NCBI GenBank assembly: GCA_963663275.1
Contig: OY760183.1
Location: 2,816,001-2,880,000, forward strand
Length of the DNA: 64,000 nucleotides
Reading direction: 5' to 3'
DNA from: Chloroflexota bacterium
GTDB taxonomy: Bacteria > Chloroflexota > UBA11872 > VXOZ01
Of this stretch, positions 46,757 to 54,677 are shown piece after piece. The position numbers were made by a program, and so were the translations under genes. Every line of letters begins with the position of its first letter. Within the stretch, counting starts at the first letter, position 1. The notes beneath the pieces were generated by a model. It made no database searches. It saw only the letters and a program-made list of their open reading frames with translations, and was not told the DNA's origin.

Positions 46757-46844
46757 AGTGCTCCCTCCTCAAGTCGTGGTGCGCCACTCGCTCTACTATA
46801 GCAGTCTTGCGCGCGCTGGGGACGGGGGCCAAGACGGCCGCTTC

Positions 46845-46879
46845 CCCGTTGGTCCTGAGCACGTCGAAGGGTGAACGGC
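46845..46879. repeat. REP-like hairpin (CTGAGC..GTCGAAG family)
   Basis: CCGTTGGTCCTGAGCACGTCGAAGGGTGAACGG. Confidence 0.7.
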
Positions 46880-46980
46880 TGCTCCGCGCGCAGTCTGCGC
46901 TCATGCTCCGGCCTGAGTTACTCCTGCGAACTCAAACCAGGAAATTGGAGGCGGTTTTCTTTCAGCTTCTCTAATAACGA

Positions 46981-47008
46981 TTGACTACCCAAGCCGGTGT
47001 GTTATCCT
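46981..47008 (+). promoter_or_regulatory. Sigma70-type promoter for the CxxC gene cluster
   Basis: TTGACT-16 bp-TATCCT with extended TG; AT-rich upstream. Confidence 0.6.
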
Positions 47009-47153
47009 AACTGTGGAAGTTGGCGGCACCGGCGCGACCGGTGGGTATTTCCTCGACACATAGGGGTGTTGAAAGGCCACCAAGGGCGCGTCTCACGCTG
47101 CCAACGAGAATGAACTTGCGCGAAGTGTTGATGATTTCCGCAGGAAGGCGGCG

Positions 47154-47657
47154 ATGCCGGTTCATCGACCCACTACGTTACCGGTAGTCGGCACGGCCAG
47201 GGGATTGCTTGCGCATCCGGACATACCGGCCTTTCCGCTGGAGGCGTTCCGCGCCGCCCACCCTTCCGGCCAACTGCGGTGCGGGAGTTGCGGTGAATTG
47301 GTGCGGCACGACCCGTGCTCGGTCGTGGAATCATTGTTAGAGCACATGCCGGCGGCAGCGAAGCGCCTCTGGGGGCCTGAGACACCCATTGCGGTGAGTC
47401 TCGCCCACGACTTCTACCCATACCAGCCGCACGCCGCGACTCCGGACTGCGGTGGCGAGCCACCGGCCACGTTGCACGTGCTTGTGTATGAAGACGGCGC
47501 ACGGGAGAAGTGGCTCAGCAACGACGACGGGCAATGCGAGCGCTACTATGGCATCGTCTACCGCAACGCGGCGTCTCTGTCGATGCCGCTAGGACGTGCC
47601 CCCGCGCCCGTATTCCGTGAAGTCTGGTATCCCACCGGCGACTTTCGCGAACTCTGA
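47154..47657 (+). CDS. Hypothetical CxxC protein, long form A
   Basis: Paralogous to 48284..48781 (PSGQ-x-RCGSCGEL, WGP, DDG, YGIV-x-R, REVWYPTG); AGGAAGG upstream. Confidence 0.82.
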   Translation: MPVHRPTTLPVVGTARGLLAHPDIPAFPLEAFRAAHPSGQLRCGSCGELVRHDPCSVVESLLEHMPAAAKRLWGPETPIAVSLAHDFYPYQPHAATPDCGGEPPATLHVLVYEDGAREKWLSNDDGQCERYYGIVYRNAASLSMPLGRAPAPVFREVWYPTGDFREL

Positions 47658-47753
47658 CGCCCTACCGGCGGCTTACGGGAGAACCTGCACCCTACCGGAG
47701 GCATTCGCGAGGGCGTGTAACTTGGAAGCGAACTCCAATCCGTTTTGCCTGAG

Positions 47754-47893
47754 GAGACCCTTGCAAGAGTCCGTCATTCCGGTGAAAGCCGGAATCCAGG
47801 GTACCTTTACACTACCATCAACATGAAGTCAAGCCAATTCACCTTAATGCCAAACCTTGGCCCTTGATTGGGAAGGGGTTACGCAGAGGTCTC
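47754..47893. mobile_element. MITE-like element with GAGACC...GGTCTC ends
   Basis: Inverted ends GAGACCCTTGCAAG / GGTTACGCAGAGGTCTC; internal CGTCATTCCGGTGAAAGCCGGAAT hairpin. Confidence 0.6.
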
Positions 47894-47937
47894 CCCAGGC
47901 AGATGGCTAGAACGAAGGTTGACCGTGGAGGTCGGCA

Positions 47938-48246
47938 ATGCCGGCGCATGAGATCATCGTCACGCGTATTCCCCAGGAACGCGGGGAGGAACCGGCGGCG
48001 GGCGTAGCTCAACCGCAGACCGTAGGGGACTACCGCGCCCGCTACGGTAACCGCATAGTGTGCCGTACCTGCCGAGAGGAAATCAGCGTCAGCGGCTTGG
48101 AGCAGGTGTGGGAAGCGTACGGTCCTGACGCCGTAATCGATATTTCCCACCGGGGCTTGCGCCTGCCCGGCGATCCGGTCGATCTGCCGCTCGCGCCGGG
48201 CTGGCAGCCTCAGCCGCGCCGGCCCGCCGCCGCGTCCGACGAGTAA
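47938..48246 (+). CDS. Hypothetical CxxC protein, short form B
   Basis: Paralogous to 49330..49620 (MP-x-HEIIV-x-RIP, TV-x-x-YRA, CxxC, A(Y/W)GP, PG(D/E)P); GGAGG RBS. Confidence 0.8.
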   Translation: MPAHEIIVTRIPQERGEEPAAGVAQPQTVGDYRARYGNRIVCRTCREEISVSGLEQVWEAYGPDAVIDISHRGLRLPGDPVDLPLAPGWQPQPRRPAAASDE

Positions 48247-48283
48247 CGCCCGAAAAGAGAACGGCAGCACAGGGAGGGCAGCA

Positions 48284-48781
48284 ATGCCACCACGGCAACA
48301 GCCAATCCATCGAACCCTCACGGGACTGGCCGTTTCCGAGCACGAGGGCCAGCCCGTGCATCTCCACATCCCGGCCTACACGGTGGCCGAGTTCCGCCGC
48401 GCCTATCCTTCAGGTCAGGTGCGCTGCGGCAGTTGCGGCGAACTGCTGGACTATCAGCGCGGCTTCGAACTAACGGAGGAGCGGTGGGGGCCGGATACGG
48501 TCATGACGTTCGCGCTCTCGCACGAGTACTTCCCGGCTGACTTCCTTGAGCAGGACTCCACGCCGGCCGCGGCAGGCCAGGCCCTTGGGCAATGCCCGGT
48601 GCTCTATTCCGATGACATCCGCGAGGAGTACGCCCGGCGCGACGACGGTCGCGACGAATGGCTCTACGGCATCGTGTTCCGCGACGCGCGCGCGCCGGAG
48701 CGCGTGTACCGTGAGGTCTGGTACCCCACCGGCGTGTTTCGTTCCCCTCTCCCCGATGAGACCTTTGCAAAACCTCGCTGA
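48284..48781 (+). CDS. Hypothetical CxxC protein, long form A'
   Basis: Paralogue of 47154..47657; GGGAGG RBS; last codons overlap a MITE end. Confidence 0.82.
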   Translation: MPPRQQPIHRTLTGLAVSEHEGQPVHLHIPAYTVAEFRRAYPSGQVRCGSCGELLDYQRGFELTEERWGPDTVMTFALSHEYFPADFLEQDSTPAAAGQALGQCPVLYSDDIREEYARRDDGRDEWLYGIVFRDARAPERVYREVWYPTGVFRSPLPDETFAKPR

Positions 48782-49094
48782 GAGGCGAACAGTTCCCTCT
48801 CCTGGGGGAGAGGGTTAGGGTGAGGGGAGATTGTGCGGCAAGTCGTGCCTATATCTTGCGGAATGGGGGCCGAACCGACGAGGATTCCCCCTCAACGGAC
48901 AGGGGTAGGCATTCTACATTCGACTTCACGTGTCATTCCGAGCGGAGCGCAGCGGAGAGAGGAATCTAAGGTTTTCGCTGCAAAAACGTCGGTTCTAGAT
49001 TCCTCGCTCCGCTCGGAATGACACTTGCCTACCCCTGTCAGCCCCAGGGAGAGGGAGTCTCAATGCGCGCCGACCGTGGTTACGTAAAGGTCTC
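48758..49094. mobile_element. MITE-like element with nested inner element
   Basis: Ends GAGACCTTTGCAAAACC / GGTTACGTAAAGGTCTC; inner inverted repeat GACAGGGGTAGGCA (48898) / TGCCTACCCCTGTC (to 49039) encloses REP doublet 48931-49023. Confidence 0.7.
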
Positions 49095-49101
49095 CGAGGG
49101 C

Positions 49102-49310
49102 TGACAGGGGCATTTGGCTGACTAGGGCACATAGACGAGAATCGAGTTCACCTGTCATTCCGAACGGAGCGCAGCGGAGAGAGGAATCTAGAGCGCCGGA
49201 CTTTTCTGACGCCGTGCGGCACGTACACTAGATTCCTCGCTGCGCTCGGAATGACGCTTACATACCCTTTCAGGCCCCGGGGGTTAGGGTGAGGGCGTTT
49301 GTCCCTGTCA
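49102..49310. mobile_element. MITE-like element with TGACAGGG ends enclosing a REP doublet
   Basis: TGACAGGG (49102) ... CCCTGTCA (49303-49310); internal TGTCATTCCG...CGGAATGAC doublet 49153-49255. Confidence 0.6.
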
Positions 49311-49329
49311 AGGAGCAAGGAGTTCGCCA

Positions 49330-49620
49330 ATGCCGCGCCATGAAATCATCGTCGAGCGCATCCCCGATACGTTCCGGGGCAAGCCGGTGCGCCTGCCGCC
49401 GCCTGAGGCATTGCACACCTTCCACCCAGAGACGGTGGCGGCGTACCGCGCGCTCAACCCCGCGCTGCGGCATGAGTGCCCATCATGCGGTACCACCTTC
49501 GATATGAGCAGCCTGGCGCCGGTCCTGGACGCCTGGGGGCCGGAGGCCCGATTCACCGTCTCGCTGAAGTGCCTGTGGGTGCCGGGCGAGCCGCGCCTCG
49601 ACCCGGAGCAAAGACGGTAA
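49330..49620 (+). CDS. Hypothetical CxxC protein, short form B'
   Basis: Paralogue of 47938..48246; AAGGAG RBS. Confidence 0.8.
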   Translation: MPRHEIIVERIPDTFRGKPVRLPPPEALHTFHPETVAAYRALNPALRHECPSCGTTFDMSSLAPVLDAWGPEARFTVSLKCLWVPGEPRLDPEQRR

Positions 49621-49803
49621 CGCACACGCGCCAACCTCAAACGACTCTCCACCGAACGCGGCCCGCCGCGGTGACGGCCTGACGCGCGCGCCGCAATTCA
49701 TGCGCGGGCTGTCTCTCACGCTTGCGGCATGGTACGATGAACGTGTCCGCGACGGCGGCGCTAGAGATCGGCGGCCTCTCCCCCGCGTTCTCAGCAGACG
49801 CCA

Positions 49804-50370
49804 GTGCCCAACTCACGCTCCGCCAGGCGGCCCGCGCCGCCGGAAACGGAAACGCCGGTGAACGCATTCCTCACGCAATTGAAGAGCAAGCGCATCATCT
49901 GGCCGCTCCTCCTGACGGCGCTGATCATCGTCTCCGACCAGGTTACCAAGGCCTTCATCGTGGACTGGCTCAAGCCCCAGGGCAGCGTCTCCATCATTGG
50001 CGACCTGCTGCGGCTCACGTTCGTCACGAACACCGGCGTGGCGTTCGGGATGCTCACCGGAATGCCCTACGTGCTCATGGTGCCCATCGTCATCCTCATT
50101 TGCGTCATCATCTTCTATCTGGTCAAGACGCTCGGCCAGTCGTTCGTGCTCACCTTGGCGCTCACCTTAGAACTTGGCGGCGCGCTGGGCAATCTGATCG
50201 ACCGCATTCGCCTGGGCTACGTGGTCGACTTCGTGAAGTTTCCCTACTGGCCGGCCTTCAACGTCGCCGACAGTTGCGTGGTCGTCGGCGCGATCGGCCT
50301 GGCATTCATCCTCTTCTGGCAAGACCGCCAGGAGACCGCGTCCAAACCGGAATCCCCGCCCGCGCCCTAG
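49804..50370 (+). CDS. lspA: Lipoprotein signal peptidase II
   Basis: DQVTK, NTGVAFG, GGALGNLIDR, VVDF and FNVAD motifs; start may be GTG 49858. Confidence 0.95.
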   Translation: MPNSRSARRPAPPETETPVNAFLTQLKSKRIIWPLLLTALIIVSDQVTKAFIVDWLKPQGSVSIIGDLLRLTFVTNTGVAFGMLTGMPYVLMVPIVILICVIIFYLVKTLGQSFVLTLALTLELGGALGNLIDRIRLGYVVDFVKFPYWPAFNVADSCVVVGAIGLAFILFWQDRQETASKPESPPAP

Positions 50371-50397
50371 GCTGCCGCGCGCCGTTGGAGGCCGACG

Positions 50398-51399
50398 GTG
50401 AGTTCAACCAAGACGCCCACGCTTGCGCTGACCCCCACCGGCGGCGAGGCGGGACAACGGCTCGACGTGTTCGTGGCCGCGTCGTTGGCCGCGTCCGCGA
50501 ACGCGCCGGAGTCTGCCGCCGTTCCGCCGCTCAGCCGCTCGCAGGTGCAGCGTCTCATCGCCGGGCGCCGCGTCCGCATTGCCGGGCAACCGGCCACGCC
50601 GTCCACCAAAGTGCGCGCCGGGGACGTGGTTACGGTCGCCCTGCCTGAGACCGACCCGCCGGGACTCCGGCCGGAGCCGCTCACCGTGCCGCTGCTGCAC
50701 GTGGACGACGCGCTGATCGTGGTAAACAAACCGGCGGGGTTAGTCGTGCATCCCGGCGCGGGGCAGGCCGGCGGCACCCTGGTCAACCAGCTTCTCAGCC
50801 GCTTCCCGGAAATCGCGGCAGTAGGGCATCCGGCCCGTCCCGGCGTGGCGCACCGCCTGGATCGAGACACGTCCGGCGTGCTGGCGGCGGCCCGCGGCGT
50901 TGCCGCCTATGAGCGGCTCGCGGCGCAGTTCGCCGCGCGCGCCGTGCGCAAGACCTATCTGGCCCTGGCGGCCGGCGTTCCCACGGTTGAGCGGGGCGTG
51001 ATCGACGCGCCGGTGGGCAGGCATCCGGCGCGGCGCACGCACATGAGCGTCGTCCGCGGCGGCAAACCGGCGCGCACCCACTTTGCCGTGCTCGAAGCCC
51101 TGGGGCCGCTTACGCTGCTGCGCGTAACCCCTGAGACCGGACGCACCCACCAGATTCGCGTGCATCTTGCCGCCGCCGGCCTGCCCATCGTGGGCGACGC
51201 CCAGTACGGGCGGTGCGGGCCTGATGACGACCGCCTGGCGGGAACCGGACTGACCCGCATGTTCCTGCACGCGCTCAGCCTGGGCTTTACCCATCCGCTC
51301 ACGCGCGCGCCCGTGGAGTATTACGCGCCGCTGGCGGATGACCTGGCTCAGGCCCTGCGCGCGTGCGGCAGCGCCTGGCTTGAGCGCCAAGCGAGTTGA
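50398..51399 (+). CDS. RluA/RluD-family pseudouridine synthase
   Basis: S4 domain; VNKPAGLVVHP, HRLDRDTSG, TGRTHQIRVH and GD-x-x-YG motifs. Confidence 0.95.
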   Translation: MSSTKTPTLALTPTGGEAGQRLDVFVAASLAASANAPESAAVPPLSRSQVQRLIAGRRVRIAGQPATPSTKVRAGDVVTVALPETDPPGLRPEPLTVPLLHVDDALIVVNKPAGLVVHPGAGQAGGTLVNQLLSRFPEIAAVGHPARPGVAHRLDRDTSGVLAAARGVAAYERLAAQFAARAVRKTYLALAAGVPTVERGVIDAPVGRHPARRTHMSVVRGGKPARTHFAVLEALGPLTLLRVTPETGRTHQIRVHLAAAGLPIVGDAQYGRCGPDDDRLAGTGLTRMFLHALSLGFTHPLTRAPVEYYAPLADDLAQALRACGSAWLERQAS

Positions 51400-51514
51400 C
51401 CCTGCGCGCCAAAGCGCCTACGATAGGGAGTTGCGGCCTGTACCTGCAAGACGCCTTCCTTCTAACCGGATAAAACCGCAGTCGGACTGTACCGGAACGC
51501 CCCCCCTCTCCCCC

Positions 51515-52564
51515 ATGAGCAACCAAACGACGTACGCCCACATCACCGGCTGGGGCAAGGCCCTGCCCGCGCGGCGTCTCACCAACGCCGACCTGGAAAA
51601 GATAGTGGACACCGCCGACGAGTGGATCGTCAGCCGCACCGGCATCCGCGAACGGCGTATCGTCTCCGATGATGAGACCACCGATTCCCTCGGCGCCGCC
51701 GCCGCCCGGGAGGCGCTGGCCACCGCCAACGTCGCGCCGGAAGCGGTGGACATGGTGATAGCCGCCAGTTGCACGCCGGAATCGCTCTTTCCCAGCATCG
51801 CGAACCGCATCCAGCAGCGGCTGGGGCTGGCGCGCGCCGCCGCGCTCGACATCAACCAAGCCTGCGCCGGTTTCATCCACGGGCTCGCCGTCGCGCAGGG
51901 GCTGATCGTTTCCGGTCAGTACCGAACCATCCTCATCGTCGGCGCCGAGGTGTTGACGCGGCACGTTGACTGGACGGACCGCGCCACCTGCGTGCTCTTT
52001 GGCGACGCCGCCGGGGCCGTGTTATTGCAGGCGTCGGCGCGCCCGGGCGGGCCGCTGGCGTTCGACCTGGGCTCGGACGGCGGCGGCGGCGACCTGCTCA
52101 CCTTGCCCACCGACGGCAAGCTATTCATGAACGGACGCGAAGTCTACCGCTTTGCCGTCACCGCTATGACCGCGTCACTGGCCGCCGCCATCGAGAAAGC
52201 GGACGTGCCGCTGGACGACATCGACCTGCTCATTCCGCACCAGGCGAACATCCGCATCATCCAATCCGCCGCCCAGACGCTGCAAATCCCGTTGGCAAAG
52301 GTGTTTACCAACGTGGAGAAGTACGGCAATACCTCCGCCGCGTCGATTCCGGTGGCGCTCTGCGAGGCCCTGGAAGAAGGGCGCATCCAGCCGGGGGACA
52401 CGCTCGCCATGGTCGCGTTCGGGGCCGGCCTGGCCTGGGGCGCAACCGTCATGCGCTGGACCAGCCCGCTGCCGCCTGCCGCGCGCTCGGCCTCTACCAC
52501 ACGCGAGACGCAAACCACGGCGCGGGTGAGAGAAAGAGCGGTGGTGGGCGAGACGGCGGGTTGA
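51515..52564 (+). CDS. fabH: Beta-ketoacyl-ACP synthase III
   Basis: RTGIRERR, ACAGF, PHQANIRI, YGNTSAAS and FGAGLAWG motifs. Confidence 0.95.
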   Translation: MSNQTTYAHITGWGKALPARRLTNADLEKIVDTADEWIVSRTGIRERRIVSDDETTDSLGAAAAREALATANVAPEAVDMVIAASCTPESLFPSIANRIQQRLGLARAAALDINQACAGFIHGLAVAQGLIVSGQYRTILIVGAEVLTRHVDWTDRATCVLFGDAAGAVLLQASARPGGPLAFDLGSDGGGGDLLTLPTDGKLFMNGREVYRFAVTAMTASLAAAIEKADVPLDDIDLLIPHQANIRIIQSAAQTLQIPLAKVFTNVEKYGNTSAASIPVALCEALEEGRIQPGDTLAMVAFGAGLAWGATVMRWTSPLPPAARSASTTRETQTTARVRERAVVGETAG

Positions 52565-52614
52565 CGATTGTCTCCGCTCGCTGGCGCCGCGTGAAGGCGA
52601 GCCGGTTTCACTTC

Positions 52615-52640
52615 CGTTATTCCCGCTTGAGCGGGAATCT
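52615..52640. repeat. REP-like hairpin (CGTYATTCCCGC family)
   Basis: CGTTATTCCCGCTTGAGCGGGAATCT between convergent genes; related to 47772-47797. Confidence 0.65.
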
Positions 52641-52657
52641 TCCACCCACGCATACGT

Positions 52658-53236
52658 CTAGCCGGGGCGGATTTCCCAGAACTCCTTGCCCAGCGCGTCG
52701 TAGGGCAGGCGGCGTTCATCCGGATCCTGGGCGTTGAACTGCTGATTCACGAAGTAGAAGAGCAAGACCTCGTCCGTCCCCAGGTTGGCCGCGCCGTGGG
52801 CCACGCCGCGCGGGATATAGAGCAGCTGGCTGCGGCCGCGGCCCAGGACCAACCGCAGCGAATTGCCCGTGGTGGGGGAGTCCCGCCGCGCGTCCCACAA
52901 GCCGACCAACAGCGCCTGCGACGGCGGCACGAACCACAGGTCTTCCTGGTTGAAGTGCAGGTGCCACGCCTTGATCGCCCCCGCCGCCACGAGCGAGCAG
53001 TTGATCTGGCGCGCCTCGAACCCGTCGAGCCCGGCGAGCACGCCTGCCGCCAAGCGGCCGACTTCGGTAAACGTCCCGCCGTCTTCCACGAAGGTTTCCA
53101 GAGGGAGTAGCTGCACCCCGTCTATCCGTTCCTTGGCCCCGTACTCCTGCCGCGAGAGGACCGGATGCAGGTCTTCCCGGATGTCGCCGGCGCTCAGCGC
53201 CGCGTCCGCGGCGGAATCGGCCGTCTCTTTCGTCAT
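52658..53236 (-). CDS. dTDP-4-dehydrorhamnose 3,5-epimerase-like cupin
   Basis: D-x-x-GTFTE, IKAWHLH, QEDLW, D-x-R-x-x-SPT and YIPRGVAHG motifs. Confidence 0.82.
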   Translation of the reverse strand: MTKETADSAADAALSAGDIREDLHPVLSRQEYGAKERIDGVQLLPLETFVEDGGTFTEVGRLAAGVLAGLDGFEARQINCSLVAAGAIKAWHLHFNQEDLWFVPPSQALLVGLWDARRDSPTTGNSLRLVLGRGRSQLLYIPRGVAHGAANLGTDEVLLFYFVNQQFNAQDPDERRLPYDALGKEFWEIRPG

Positions 53237-53480
53237 CGTCACCTTCTCATCGTTGCCAGTTTCATAGCCGTCATGCAATTTTCGCCTGGCGGTCGCATTA
53301 TATGGATGTGCGGGCCGCAATGACCCAGCGCGCTCTTTGACCGCAGGCAGAGTGAATGATACGATGCGCCCCGCGCGCCGCGCAACCTACGAGTTGTGCG
53401 GATTCGTCTGCGGCTGCTGGCGGCATGCCGCTCAGCTACGACCTGCCCACCATGCCGGATGGGCATTTCGTGATTTTCTG

Positions 53481-53509
53481 TTGACACAGGTAGGGGCAGG
53501 TGATAAACT
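53481..53509 (+). promoter_or_regulatory. Promoter of the str/S10 operon
   Basis: TTGACA-17 bp-TAAACT with TG extension. Confidence 0.75.
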
Positions 53510-53562
53510 CTACTTTTGCGTGTGTTATCGCATTGGCAGCCAGGAACTGGTAGGTTTCACTC

Positions 53563-54021
53563 GTGCCGACAACCAATCAGCTTGTGAGACGGGGGCGCAA
53601 GTCCAAGTCCTATAAGGGCAAGTCTCCCGATCTCCATTGGAACTATAACGCGCTCAAGAACCGCTCGGTGCGCACCGAGGGTTCGCCGCAGAAGCGCGGA
53701 GTCTGCATCTCCGTGCGCACGCTGACGCCGCGCAAGCCGAATTCGGCCCTGCGCAAAGTGGCGCGCGTGCGGTTGACCAACGGGCGGGAAGTTACGGCGT
53801 ACATTCCGGGTGAAGGCCACAATTTGCAGGAGCACTCGGTGGTGCTCATCCGGGGCGGGCGCGTCAAGGACGTGCCGGGCGTGCGCTATCACATCGTGCG
53901 CGGCACTCTGGACGCGGAAGGCGTGTATCCGCACGCCGGCGCGCCGCAGGATCGTGCCAAGAGCCGCTCCAAGTACGGCACGCGGCGCACGCGGCCGGCG
54001 GCGAGCGCCAGCGCATCCTAA
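53563..54021 (+). CDS. rpsL: 30S ribosomal protein S12
   Basis: [23 protein letters not shown] and RSKYG motifs. Confidence 0.98.
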   Translation: MPTTNQLVRRGRKSKSYKGKSPDLHWNYNALKNRSVRTEGSPQKRGVCISVRTLTPRKPNSALRKVARVRLTNGREVTAYIPGEGHNLQEHSVVLIRGGRVKDVPGVRYHIVRGTLDAEGVYPHAGAPQDRAKSRSKYGTRRTRPAASASAS

Positions 54022-54132
54022 GCACGCGGCCGCAGGAGCGGCGCAACGTACAATTCAGCGGTCATTCTTGCAGCAGTTGTTGGCCTCGACACCGAAGCTG
54101 ACAACGCTGCTGCGCGTAAGGGACAGTTTACA

Positions 54133-54603
54133 ATGCCACGGCGAGAACGAGTCGTAAAACGAAAGATACCGCCGGACCCGAAGCACCGCAGTGTGACGCT
54201 GCAGCAATTCATCAATAAGCTGATGCAGCGCGGCAAGAAGAGCACCACGGAACGGTTCGTCTACCGGGCGCTGGACATCGTCGAATCGCGCACGGGACGC
54301 TCCGGCCTGGACGTTTTCGATCAGGCGGTGCGCAACGTCACGCCCTTGCTGGAAGTGCGGCCGCGCCGCGTGGGCGGGGCCACTTATCAGGTGCCCATGG
54401 AGATTCCCAGCGGGCGGCGTCTCTCGCTCGCCTTGCGCTGGCTCGTGCGCTACACCCGCGAACGGCGCGGGCCCAGCATGGCCGTGAAGTTGGCGGAAGA
54501 ACTCATCGACGCCGCCGACGGCCAGGGCGCTTCGATCCGCCGCCGGGACGAAACCCACCGCATGGCAGAGGCAAATAAGGCATTCTCGCACTACCGCTGG
54601 TAG
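54133..54603 (+). CDS. rpsG: 30S ribosomal protein S7
   Basis: [11 protein letters not shown] and [10 protein letters not shown] motifs. Confidence 0.98.
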   Translation: MPRRERVVKRKIPPDPKHRSVTLQQFINKLMQRGKKSTTERFVYRALDIVESRTGRSGLDVFDQAVRNVTPLLEVRPRRVGGATYQVPMEIPSGRRLSLALRWLVRYTRERRGPSMAVKLAEELIDAADGQGASIRRRDETHRMAEANKAFSHYRW

Positions 54604-54677
54604 GCGGGGCGAAGACGTACGTCAAGCAACGGTCTACGTATCACTGGCTAAGGCAGAGCCGACAAGAACCAGAGAAC

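Noticed and set aside
48833-49330. Short ORFs 48833..49021 and 49148..49330 (also 13475..13792 and 33825..34139)
   Set aside because: Their peptides are translations of REP/MITE sequence (VIPS...DSSLRSE, FDRLRTNG, GDKPPRY).
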